A program made the position numbers and the translations under genes. From a virus, in the IMG/VR virus record IMGVR_UViG_3300025012_000066, positions 11,470-75,469 of that record: a DNA stretch of 64,000 nt; one strand, written 5' to 3'. Below the pieces are notes generated by a model. It searched no databases and was not told where the DNA came from. It saw only the letters and a program-made list of their open reading frames with translations. Each line of letters opens with the position of its first letter. The first letter of the stretch is position 1. This document shows positions 30,461-40,166 of the stretch, piece by piece.

Positions 30461-30643
30461 TATTATATTGTACCAGTATCACCTATTCAGATGAGATTTC
30501 CAGTATATAATAGTAGTATATTTTCATCGTGGGAAGGTCATTTTCGTATACTTGGAGATCAAGAAGCAAGGGATATAGTTTATCATAGTGGATTAGGTTC
30601 AAAAACAAATTGTGGATTTGGCTGTTTGGATAGGGTTATATAA
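30461..30643 (+). pseudogene. cas6: C-terminal remnant of Cas6 (not in ORF track)
   Basis: WEGHFRILGDQEARDIVYHSGLGSKTNCGFGCL*: the Cas6 GhGxxxxxGhG glycine loop with its preceding W.G.F strand. Confidence 0.75.
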
Positions 30644-30698
30644 TACATAAATAAAATTATTAAATTATTCCTATGAAGGAGCAAATAAAATACATTCG

Positions 30699-31396
30699 CT
30701 AGATTATAAATCCAATGTCAATCACCTCTTTCCCAAACTTATCATATAGTTTTTCAAAAGAATCATCATTCTCTATACCAAACATCATTGGATTAACTTC
30801 AAAGACATTAACCAGTTCTATAAACTGATCTAAACTTATTTTCTTTTCTCCTAATTCAACTCTGCTTAAATAATATCCATTCAAACTAGTATTTTTAGCT
30901 ATTTTTATATAAGATAATTTCTTTAATTTTCTTATTCTTTTAATATTAAAACCCATATAATTTTTTGTATTAATCAGGGTATTAGTTTCTAATTGTAGAT
31001 AAAAATCTTTTGTACTTAGGTTTAAGTCTGGTTTTACGTAAGTAGTAGGGGTTTGTTTTTCATTGTTGTTTCGGCACTTAGAACAAAATAATCCATATGG
31101 TATGGGAGCGTTGCACACTAAGCACAATTTCATTTGATAACTAATATAATTTGATTCATATTCTTCTTTTCTGCAAGAATCACACTTTGTATATCTTTGA
31201 TTTATTATCTCAATACCACATTTAATACATCTTCCTGATTTTTTATATCTACTAGCAGATTTCTCCTTCTTTTTTGTAATGACATATTAATACAAGTCCT
31301 GCATTTTTGTGTTGTTTCATCTTGTTCTAAAGGTTTTCCACAATATGTGCATAAGCGAAGTGCTTTTCTTGTTTTTTGAGTTATATTTCTAGCCAT
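30699..31396 (-). pseudogene. Multi-zinc-finger + XRE HTH regulator, frameshifted (~31270)
   Basis: ORFs 31205-31405 and 30699-31133 join by a -1 shift in an A-run; colinear with intact paralog 35697..36596. Confidence 0.65.
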
Positions 31397-31511
31397 TAAA
31401 TACACTCCTTTTTAAGATTATATCATATTTATGGTTATTATGTCCGTTCAATTGAGTAATATGTTTATTCTAGTTTACCTTAACTATATTAATTTAAGGA
31501 GGTGATGAAAA

Positions 31512-31727
31512 ATGTTTATCAGTATGCTTGGCAATATACTTAGTAGTAGCAGTATACTAATGGAAGGAAGTGGTAAAATGAATTATATCGAAGAAACTTT
31601 ACTTGAAATCAAAAATGCTAAAACAGACGAAACAATTAAAAATATTATGTATGATATCTATATTACTACTCAATATGACTCAGCAATTAGGAAAGAATTT
31701 GATGATTATTTTGAAGATGTTAAGTAA
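31512..31727 (+). CDS. Hypothetical protein
   Basis: RBS AAGGAGGTG. Confidence 0.5.
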   Translation: MFISMLGNILSSSSILMEGSGKMNYIEETLLEIKNAKTDETIKNIMYDIYITTQYDSAIRKEFDDYFEDVK

Positions 31728-31781
31728 TTGATATTGATTAATCAGTAAAATAATAAATTTAAAAAAGGTGATAAAATAGAA

Positions 31782-31988
31782 ATGAAATACATACTAATAA
31801 ATAAACAAGTATTATTTACAGATTTAAAAGGCAATGAATTTGAGGGTTATGTCCTAAAAACAGAAAAACAAAATCTAGATATTTTTCAAATTCAAGAACT
31901 TGTAAAGATAATCTATAAAGATGCTAAAGGTAATTATGAGATTGTGAAAGTTCCAATGTCTTGTATTTTAGGGATGCATTATAATTAA
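31782..31988 (+). CDS. Hypothetical protein
   Basis: RBS AAAGGTG. Confidence 0.5.
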   Translation: MKYILINKQVLFTDLKGNEFEGYVLKTEKQNLDIFQIQELVKIIYKDAKGNYEIVKVPMSCILGMHYN

Positions 31989-32198
31989 AAATATATACTT
32001 AGAAAGGAGGTGATAAACAATGGAAGAACTCTACAGCGAATTAAAATCAGTTTGGTCTACATATTCAGACGAAGCAAGAGATAATTGGGCAATGTTGCTT
32101 GGTGGTAAGAGTGGTAAGAGTGAAGTTATGGTTTTGATGAGTAAGTAGGATTAAGGGGTAGTTTAAAGTAAAATAAAAATAAAGGATGGTAATGTAAA

Positions 32199-32441
32199 AT
32201 GAATGAATCAAGAGTTGAATTGGAGAAGCATGTATGGGATACTTCTGAAACCGAATATGACAGCACAAAGGAATTAGCAAATTTTCTAAGCAATATGGAT
32301 GCTAGAATTAAAGTGTTAGAAGAATTTGTAGAAAATTTGCAAAAAGAAAAACTAAAAGAAAAACTAAAAGAAAAACTAGATACGAAGAATATATCAAAAA
32401 TAGTAATTAATGAGATTAATAAAGGATTTGCAAAGACTTGA
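32199..32441 (+). CDS. Hypothetical protein with (KEKL)x3 repeat
   Basis: 12-bp tandem repeat; terminator hairpin ~32473-32495. Confidence 0.5.
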   Translation: MNESRVELEKHVWDTSETEYDSTKELANFLSNMDARIKVLEEFVENLQKEKLKEKLKEKLDTKNISKIVINEINKGFAKT

Positions 32442-32563
32442 TAAATAAATCCATTTGAAAGTTATAAAAAATGAGAGGGCGGCAACCCTCTCTTGCATGA
32501 AATTTAAGCTATGTGGCTAGGGCGTTTTACAAGAACGCTCATTGAGAGGAGGTGAAAAATAAA

Positions 32564-32876
32564 ATGAAAATATATAAAGTTACTCAAGAAACAAAAATTA
32601 TCAACTATCAACCAGTAGAAGAAAATCATGCTCATTTCTACACAAAATATAAAGGAAAATTATCGCCATGGAGTTAATTTTGAAAAAATGTTCTTATCAA
32701 AAGAAAACGCAGATATAGTTTATAATGAAATACTTGATGAAATAATGACTGGATCAGACGGAATAATAAAGAGTGGCAACACCATTTATTATGTAAAGAA
32801 TGTTTGGGAACTAAATAAACATCCGTATTCAATTATTAGTTGTGCCTGTGTTCAGGAAGTTGAAATTGCTGAGTAG
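32564..32876 (+). pseudogene. Hypothetical gene with a probable frameshift
   Basis: Strong RBS GAGGAGGTG precedes ATG 32564, which is out of frame with ORF 32628. Confidence 0.45.
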
Positions 32877-32932
32877 TAAATTAGTAAGTTTTAGGGTTGT
32901 GACCGACCACTATAATAAAGGAGGAAATTAAA

Positions 32933-33439
32933 ATGGAATTAAAAGATTTTGAGAGATATTTGGAATTAGTAAAAATTAATGAGGAATATATTAACATATG
33001 GAGAGAAACAAGAAGTGATGAAAACTATGAAAACTATGATAACGTGTCTAAAACAAGGGAAGAACTAAGTAATTTTAAAAATAATCTATTAAAGTTTGTT
33101 TTTGGAAACCAAAGTAGCATAGAAACAGTTATAGATAAGCTTAAATTTAGACTTAATCGTTTTAATGAATATGCTGGATCTGATGAAAATAGAGCATTTA
33201 ATGAAATAAAAATGGTTAAGGAAATATTGAATTTACTTGAGATGTATGATTGGAAACTTATGCACTCAGAGTATTATACAGGAGAAGTTAAACAAGTTGC
33301 TATTTGGGAACAAAATGGAGAAGGATTAATTAGGAGACATAAAGTTTGGAATGTAGTTGATGCTATAAATACTACAAAAGATTCAGGGAGAATTATTGGT
33401 AAAGCAATGGGAAGCATTTCTGAAAATATTAATAATTAA
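32933..33439 (+). CDS. Hypothetical protein
   Basis: RBS AAAGGAGG. Confidence 0.6.
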   Translation: MELKDFERYLELVKINEEYINIWRETRSDENYENYDNVSKTREELSNFKNNLLKFVFGNQSSIETVIDKLKFRLNRFNEYAGSDENRAFNEIKMVKEILNLLEMYDWKLMHSEYYTGEVKQVAIWEQNGEGLIRRHKVWNVVDAINTTKDSGRIIGKAMGSISENINN

Positions 33440-33475
33440 GGGTTGCGTCCAAACGCAAGAAAGAAGGAAATAACA

Positions 33476-34498
33476 ATGAAAGAAATTATGATTAAAACAA
33501 TCAAGGAAGATATCACATATATGTTGGCAGAACTAGGTAATATGCGTAAAGCTGAAGTCAATAAAGATACAAAGAATAAATTAATGGAAAACTCAGGTTT
33601 AAGTCAAGATTCAGTAGGATATCGTGTCTATTTTAAGGATTTTAGACCTTATAGAAAAATGGTTGATTCATTATCAAAACTATATGATAGTCTTAATCAA
33701 ATGTATAAATATAATATGTTAAAAGGAGATGAAGAGTTTGTAGAATATATTGTATCATCTCTATTTGCAGAATCTAAAGAATTACATAAGTTAATGGAAA
33801 CTTGTAAAGAAGATTATGATCAGTATAGATGTATGAGCGATGCTTATGTTAAACTGACTGATAAAATATGTAGGATTGAGAGGGATATGCCATATGATTT
33901 GATCAATCAAAAGGAATTATTAGATTTAGAGGCATCTTTAAACATAGTCCTTGCAGAATCAGAAGATATTGTTAATATTGCTGAAAGTTTAGGAATCTTA
34001 ACTGAAAAACATAATTATCAAAACGCATTATATTCTTTAAGTGTAGAATTAGATAATTGGATTGGTAAAGTGTCATATCCTATTAAAATTAGTAAAGATC
34101 AAAGAAATTTTATCAAAACATTATTTTCAAATGTTCAAGGGGCAAAGGGTATTTTGGTTAATAAAATTTCATCTTTTAAACAAGATGGTCTGTCATTAAA
34201 TGAGTATAAATATGTAAAACCAATGTATATTGATTGTGTTTGTAGTGAAGGCAAAGAAAATGATAAAGTGATAGCATACGTTGGCAATGAATTAATTGCT
34301 TTTAATTCTAGAAAACATATGCAACAACCAATGAGCATAATTGACTATGCTGAAATTATTCATGATGTAGCCATCCAAAAAGGATATGAAATATTTATTA
34401 ATACTCAAGGATTTGGAATGAGTTTGTATGATCATCTTATAGAATTTGGAGATTTGAAGGTTAGTAAGTTAATACAAATGGTTTTAGGTAAGAAATAA
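33476..34498 (+). CDS. Hypothetical protein carrying a copy of the tail-protein repeat domain
   Basis: TEKHNYQNAL..L.VELDNWIGK.SYPI matches repeats in 1416..5861. Confidence 0.65.
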   Translation: MKEIMIKTIKEDITYMLAELGNMRKAEVNKDTKNKLMENSGLSQDSVGYRVYFKDFRPYRKMVDSLSKLYDSLNQMYKYNMLKGDEEFVEYIVSSLFAESKELHKLMETCKEDYDQYRCMSDAYVKLTDKICRIERDMPYDLINQKELLDLEASLNIVLAESEDIVNIAESLGILTEKHNYQNALYSLSVELDNWIGKVSYPIKISKDQRNFIKTLFSNVQGAKGILVNKISSFKQDGLSLNEYKYVKPMYIDCVCSEGKENDKVIAYVGNELIAFNSRKHMQQPMSIIDYAEIIHDVAIQKGYEIFINTQGFGMSLYDHLIEFGDLKVSKLIQMVLGKK

Positions 34499-34578
34499 AA
34501 AATATAACAAATACTCCTAACTGCTTTAGTTGGCAGTTAGGAATATTAATATAATATTAATATAATATAGTATATAAA

Positions 34579-34827
34579 TTATTCAGGTGTTTGAAATTTA
34601 TCTAAATCAATATTGATTTCTAAAAAGAACATAAGATATCCACAATCTAAACATACATAATTAATAGGATACATAGGCATTGTAATCTCTTTTTCTGGTG
34701 TTTGAAATTTCATGGTGGCATTTATGTTCATAGTATCTACTTTATTACTTTTGCAAATAGGGCAAGATTTAGATTGATTTGATATTGTTTCTTTGGTAAT
34801 TTTACGAATGTTTTGATTTTCTTCCAT
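34579..34827 (-). CDS. Small zinc-ribbon protein
   Basis: CPIC...CLDCGY. Confidence 0.6.
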   Translation of the reverse strand: MEENQNIRKITKETISNQSKSCPICKSNKVDTMNINATMKFQTPEKEITMPMYPINYVCLDCGYLMFFLEINIDLDKFQTPE

Positions 34828-34887
34828 ATGATTGCCTCCCTATGTTTGATAATATTGATTAGCATGTCCATTTTGTTTGATTAATAA

Positions 34888-35707
34888 TTATCTCAATCTA
34901 ATCTTCTTAACATTAATTAAACAATCTGGATCAACAATAACCTCACTCTCACCCCTCTTGTCAATATAAGCAAGAACATCTTCAATTTTTATCATTGCTT
35001 CATATAATTTCCCATTATCAGGATCAAATCTTGTAGCAAAGAATTTAGCTGCATTAATATCAATTGTCCAAGAAAATGCTTTCTTATAAGGCGTAGATTC
35101 AGTGTTTTGTCCTCGATATATTTTAACAAGACCACTACTATCTACTTTTAAAATTTTTCTAAAATCTTCTTTTGGTTTGTACTTAAATATATTGAGAAAG
35201 AAGTTTTTATTAAGTTTTGAAAAACCATATTCAGAACGTCTATAAATGTCCTCAAAGCACTTATATTTTTGTTCATCAGGTATATTTTCAAATGATTCAA
35301 TATAGAAATCTAGAGTAATCTTCTTCTCTATAAGGAAAAATAATTTATCATATTGTTTTTTAGAGATGTATTTGTTCATACTCTCTTCAACTTTTTCGAT
35401 TCTTAATTTAGTTTGATAAAGGGTTAAAACTTTGATATCGAATGCATCTATATCTACCATGACAGGGCCAGAGAGGTATGCGTAAGGCGTTATGAAAGTT
35501 ATCATTGAAGTAGAACCTATCTATTGGCTTATCAAGGTGTTTAATGGCATTTAGGATGATTTCATATAGAGGTATTTCGTATTCAGTTTCTTCTATTATT
35601 TTGAGTCTAAATTGGTTGTTTTGGAATCGAGAAATAGGAATTAGTAAATCTTGGTTGACGACACGGTGAGATAGGTTGAATAATTTGTTTATGTCATTAG
35701 TTTTCAT
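34888..35707 (-). CDS. Putative ADP-ribosyltransferase-fold protein, probably frameshifted near 35498
   Basis: R-S-ExE motif: IYRG...FSWT...GESEVIV; overlapping ORFs 35408-35707 and 34888-35505 fuse on deleting one base in a homopolymer. Confidence 0.5.
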
Positions 35708-36596
35708 TTCTGTATTCTCCTTTAATTATAAAATCAATGTTAACAATTTCAGTATTAAATTTAGAATATAGTTTCTTACATAATTTATCTGATTCGATTC
35801 CAAACAGAGATGAATCAATGCCTAACACCTTAATAATTTCTTTAAACTGTGGTAGATTGATTTTTCTTTTACCTTTCTCAATATTATATAATTCATCTAA
35901 TTTTAGATTGGAATTTTTAATAAAGTTAGATGTAGATATTTTCTTTAACTTTCTTACTCTTTTAATATTGAATCCTATATAATTGCCATTTTTTATAGCT
36001 TGATCAATTTCTAATTGAATATAGAAGTTTTTTGTGCTGATTTGTTTTTCTTTTTCGGTTAGAGTTTTTCCTTGATAACTTTTACGTTCTGTAATTGGTT
36101 TTGATTGTTGATTATTTTGATTAAGTTTCTTGTAGAAACTTTTATCATATGAGTTTTTAATATTTCTTTTAATACTTTCTTTTTTACATTCAGGACAATA
36201 TTTGCCGAATTGATCTACAAAGACTCCACAACCACCTAGACATAGTTTTGGTGCTTTTGATTTTCGGTCTATTTTATCATTATATGGTTTTTGATGTATA
36301 CGAGCTTTTTCATAGCATTTTCTACATTTAAAATATTCCGTTGAATCTAATCTTGTGCCACAAGTAAAACAGATTCTTAATTGTTTACAGTTTTCTTTTT
36401 TTGCTTGATAATCTTGTTTGATAATTAATCTGCATTTTTCACAGTGTATTTTTGTTTCTTTAGGTGATAGAGGTTCACAACATTTAAAACAGAGACGAAG
36501 TTTCTTTCTGATTGAGTGTGTTGGGTTTATACTTGTATTTTTTGGTGTTTGATTAATTGTATCTTGTGTCATTTGTGACAACCTCCATTTCGACAA
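35697..36596 (-). CDS. Multi-zinc-finger + XRE HTH regulator
   Basis: Several CxxC pairs; GFNIKRVRKLKKIS...IEKGKRKINL; TTGAAC-17-TATAAT upstream. Confidence 0.7.
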   Translation of the reverse strand: MSKWRLSQMTQDTINQTPKNTSINPTHSIRKKLRLCFKCCEPLSPKETKIHCEKCRLIIKQDYQAKKENCKQLRICFTCGTRLDSTEYFKCRKCYEKARIHQKPYNDKIDRKSKAPKLCLGGCGVFVDQFGKYCPECKKESIKRNIKNSYDKSFYKKLNQNNQQSKPITERKSYQGKTLTEKEKQISTKNFYIQLEIDQAIKNGNYIGFNIKRVRKLKKISTSNFIKNSNLKLDELYNIEKGKRKINLPQFKEIIKVLGIDSSLFGIESDKLCKKLYSKFNTEIVNIDFIIKGEYRNEN

Positions 36597-36839
36597 TGAT
36601 GATTATATTATAGCATATTTAGGGGTTTTGTTCAAATTTGAGTTTTATTATTATCCAATAAAAGTATGTTTTTATTTTGTTTGAAATAGTGGGTTTGAAA
36701 GTGGTTTGTAGTAAGGGTTGTAGAGGTGGGAATTGTTGGTAATTGGATGATTTGGAGTTTATTAGTTATAATTTAATATTTTTTATTTTTAAAGAGCTGT
36801 TGAGGCTCTTTTTTGTTTTGTTTAGTGAAATTGAATTTA

Positions 36840-36946
36840 ATATGGTTTTCAATAAGTTAGGCCAAATTTATTGAAGTAAAACTAGGACAATCATGCCAAT
36901 ACATAGTTGTCCTTATTCCATTTGTGTCTCTAAATATTGGAAGGAG
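36840..36946 (+). ncRNA. Putative structured leader RNA (junction + RBS pseudoknot), copy B
   Basis: Hairpins 36848-75 and 36884-913; loop CCAATA pairs with TATTGG (36935-40) abutting AAGGAG. Confidence 0.6.
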
Positions 36947-36957
36947 AATGATAAATA

Positions 36958-38478
36958 ATGGGATTGATTAGTACAGAGGTTGAGGTTGGAGTAAATGGCA
37001 AAAATATTGAACAATATGAAGAAAAAGGTTATAAATTTGAAAGATATTATAATGAACATAATAGAAAAATGTTAGTTAGAAAAGGAACAAAGATAAAAGT
37101 TAGAGTAGAAGATTTAGGTGATAAATCTAGTGCGAAGGTAGATGCAGAATGTGATGGCTGTGGTAAAGAATTAAAAGGAATAAGATGGGTAGATTATAAG
37201 GAACAAGTAAAAGAAGATGGAAAATATTTTTGTATAAGATGTGCTAGTGCTGGATTTAAACAATGGATAAGTTTTTATAAATGGTGCTATGATAATTTAC
37301 CAAAAGAATTAGCAGATTATATATTAAGTAGATGGAATAAAGAATTAAATATTGATAAAGATGGCAACCAATTAACTTCTCACGATGTTAGTTATGCTTC
37401 ACAAGGTATAGACAGGAAAGGATATTGGTTTAATTGTTTAGATAACTTTGAACACAAACCAGAACAAAAACATATAAGTTCTTTTACAGGAGGACAAAGA
37501 GGTAGTCTTGATTGTGATATGTGTAACACCATTTTTGTTACTCATCATCACTTAGTACACTTCTTTGTTAATAAAGAGGATGCACATAAATACTCTTTTG
37601 GATCAGGTAAGTATGTATTAGTTAAATGTCCAGACTGTAGTTATGAAAAAAGAATTAAAATTTCCAATTTGGTAAATCACGGGTTTGGTTGTAATCGTTG
37701 CGGAGATGGTGTTAGCTTCTCAGAAAAGGTTACGATAAATGTTTTAGAACAATTACACGAAACATTTATAATTCAATTATCTAAAACTACTTTTAAATGG
37801 TGTAAAGATTATAGATATGATTTATATATAAATAAAATAAATGGGATTTGCGAGGTTATGGGCAACCAACACTACGAAGAAACATATGGCAAATGGGGGA
37901 CATTGCAAGAGATACAAGAAAATGATAGGGACAAAGAAAATTTAGCTAAAGAAAATAATATTACTAATTACATAATTATAGACTGTAGGAGAAGTGAATT
38001 AGAATGGATTAAAAACAATATTATGAATCGTGATCCAAGTCGTCCAGATCAACAATGTCTTGCAGAAGTATTAAACTTTAATGAATCTGATATTGATTGG
38101 TTAAAAGTCTATGAATCAGGGTTCAGAAACTTAGTTAAGACAGCATGTATTTTATGGAATGAAGGACTTAAAAGCACAGTCAAGATAGGGAATAATTTAA
38201 ATTTAAGTAGTGGAGCAATAAGAAATTATCTCAAAAAAGGAACTGAATTAGGATGGTGTTCTTATAATCCAAAAGAAGAGATATGTGAGAAAGTAATATG
38301 CTTGACAACTGGTGAAATATTTAACTCCATACATGAAGCTTCATTGAATGGTAGAGAATCAATTAGACCAAATATTTCTGCTTGTTGTAAAGGAAAACAT
38401 AAATCAGCAGGCAAGTCAATAACTGGCGAGCCGTTGGTTTGGATGTACTATGATAAATATTTAGAAATCAACAAATAA
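36958..38478 (+). CDS. Zinc-ribbon/Vsr-like putative homing endonuclease with NUMOD1-like C-terminus
   Basis: CxxC repeats, YRYD...EVMGNQHY, KVICLTTGEIFNSIHEAS. Confidence 0.75.
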   Translation: MGLISTEVEVGVNGKNIEQYEEKGYKFERYYNEHNRKMLVRKGTKIKVRVEDLGDKSSAKVDAECDGCGKELKGIRWVDYKEQVKEDGKYFCIRCASAGFKQWISFYKWCYDNLPKELADYILSRWNKELNIDKDGNQLTSHDVSYASQGIDRKGYWFNCLDNFEHKPEQKHISSFTGGQRGSLDCDMCNTIFVTHHHLVHFFVNKEDAHKYSFGSGKYVLVKCPDCSYEKRIKISNLVNHGFGCNRCGDGVSFSEKVTINVLEQLHETFIIQLSKTTFKWCKDYRYDLYINKINGICEVMGNQHYEETYGKWGTLQEIQENDRDKENLAKENNITNYIIIDCRRSELEWIKNNIMNRDPSRPDQQCLAEVLNFNESDIDWLKVYESGFRNLVKTACILWNEGLKSTVKIGNNLNLSSGAIRNYLKKGTELGWCSYNPKEEICEKVICLTTGEIFNSIHEASLNGRESIRPNISACCKGKHKSAGKSITGEPLVWMYYDKYLEINK

Positions 38479-38483
38479 TATTA

Positions 38484-38522
38484 TAGAGAGTAACTATAAT
38501 TAATTTTGTAGTTACTCTCTAT
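38484..38522. terminator. Bidirectional terminator
   Basis: TAGAGAGTAACTA / TAGTTACTCTCTA inverted repeat between convergent genes. Confidence 0.7.
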
Positions 38523-38532
38523 TTTTTACAAT

Positions 38533-40059
38533 TTATTCTCTTCCAATTTCCTCTAAATTCTTACCATCAATAACATACTCCTTAAAGACTTTATTGATCC
38601 ATGTTGCACTCTTGCTAGTAGAAATCATCTTATTTCCTTCACGCATAATTTTTCTAAAGATAGGATTTTCTTTTGCTAAAAATTTTCCCCTGAATCCCTT
38701 ATATTCAATGTCGTCATTAAACTTAGAAAGTATATTTAATATCTCTTCTTTGTTTTTTTCTTGTAATAATTTAGAGATGTAGAAATATCCACCCCATGCT
38801 AAAGCCTCCATTGTTAGACTATTTAATCTAAGCAATTTCCTCTCCTCTAAATCTCTACTTGCCATAAATTTAGGGAAGGTTTGAATTAGTGAATCCACAA
38901 AGGTTATGAGATATTTGCTCATTTCTTCAATTTCAGATTTTGTTTGAGGAGAATAATTATCCTTTATATTTTTTGATAAAACTCCAAAAGTAATTATCGA
39001 ATTTGAGTTACTCTTAATAGATGTAGAAATTACCTCTACCTTATCCTTCATATCACTGAATTTGATTATTTCTCTGCACAGTTTGTTTGTATTGTCTTCC
39101 ACGTTTAAATACTCACCGCGACTTTTATTAATTCTCAAACCTTTTAGACAATATTCGCTAAAAAGTGACTTTGCCGAACTATCATCTAACATTTCAATTA
39201 CCACGGATATTTGATATTCAGTAGGATTTGGTACTGACTCTGGATTTTTGCGATATGCCTTTAAAATCTTCGAAAAGGCAGCCAATCTATGTTGACCATC
39301 AAGTATTTCGAGTTTCGTAGTAATTGGAGCAGTTATTGTGTGAGAATCTTCATCATACTCTATTGAATTTTCTTTATCTGGGTTTAAATTAAGCACGATA
39401 AAACCGCCATGCATTTGATCCTTAGTTAGACTATCATATATTTGATTAATATGGGATACTGAACGTACAGCAACCAATTCATTCTTACTATTCTTTTTCC
39501 ATCCTCGATTTAATTCTCCATTGTATTGAATAATATTACGATCTAAAAGATTAGCCAATACGTCTGAACTCACCACGCATTGATATTTTGCCAATTCACC
39601 ATTTCGATAAATTTCAACAACGTTTTCAAATGTGTAACTGTCAGAATTATTCATTTGACTCAATCTTTTTCTAACCTCTTTCTTAGTTTTTTGTATATCT
39701 TTTTGCTTTTGAATTTCATTAAAATTTTCATTAAATTCATTTTTTGGGATCTGATTATCTTCATTTGATTCATTTGCTTTTACTATTTCACTCATACTTG
39801 GGAATAGAGGTTTAATAGTTTCAGATTCAATCTCTTGTTGATTATTATTAACCTTTTCTTCTTCCCAAACTCCTGTGTCTAAAGTAGATGCAGTTTCTTC
39901 TTTTGCTTTCTCTAAATTTTTAATCATTTGAGAATCATCTTCGCCTTGAGTCATATCATCCTTAACAATTTCCACCTGAGTAAACCTATTCTTCTTCGCC
40001 ATATCGGTGTTTTCCTCCATTTTCTCATCTACTAATTTATTCACCATATTAATAATCAT
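38533..40059 (-). CDS. DGQHR-domain (ParB/DndB superfamily) protein
   Basis: ILDGQHRL motif, upstream NRG; acidic low-complexity N-terminus. Confidence 0.75.
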   Translation of the reverse strand: MIINMVNKLVDEKMEENTDMAKKNRFTQVEIVKDDMTQGEDDSQMIKNLEKAKEETASTLDTGVWEEEKVNNNQQEIESETIKPLFPSMSEIVKANESNEDNQIPKNEFNENFNEIQKQKDIQKTKKEVRKRLSQMNNSDSYTFENVVEIYRNGELAKYQCVVSSDVLANLLDRNIIQYNGELNRGWKKNSKNELVAVRSVSHINQIYDSLTKDQMHGGFIVLNLNPDKENSIEYDEDSHTITAPITTKLEILDGQHRLAAFSKILKAYRKNPESVPNPTEYQISVVIEMLDDSSAKSLFSEYCLKGLRINKSRGEYLNVEDNTNKLCREIIKFSDMKDKVEVISTSIKSNSNSIITFGVLSKNIKDNYSPQTKSEIEEMSKYLITFVDSLIQTFPKFMASRDLEERKLLRLNSLTMEALAWGGYFYISKLLQEKNKEEILNILSKFNDDIEYKGFRGKFLAKENPIFRKIMREGNKMISTSKSATWINKVFKEYVIDGKNLEEIGRE

Positions 40060-40166
40060 AATAATAACCTCATTTCATCGTATTTTGATATTATCACAAT
40101 TCTATACAATTTGAAAGAGTTCTATACCAAAAACATTAAAAATTATTAAAAAAAGAAAAGAGTAAA

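Noticed and set aside
39803-39815. Self-target of spacer 1 (AATAGAGGTTTAA)
   Set aside because: Only 13 nt of AT-rich match with mismatched flanks; expected by chance
38533-40059. Phosphorothioation (dnd) system
   Set aside because: Only a lone DGQHR protein; no dndACDE or ssp genes
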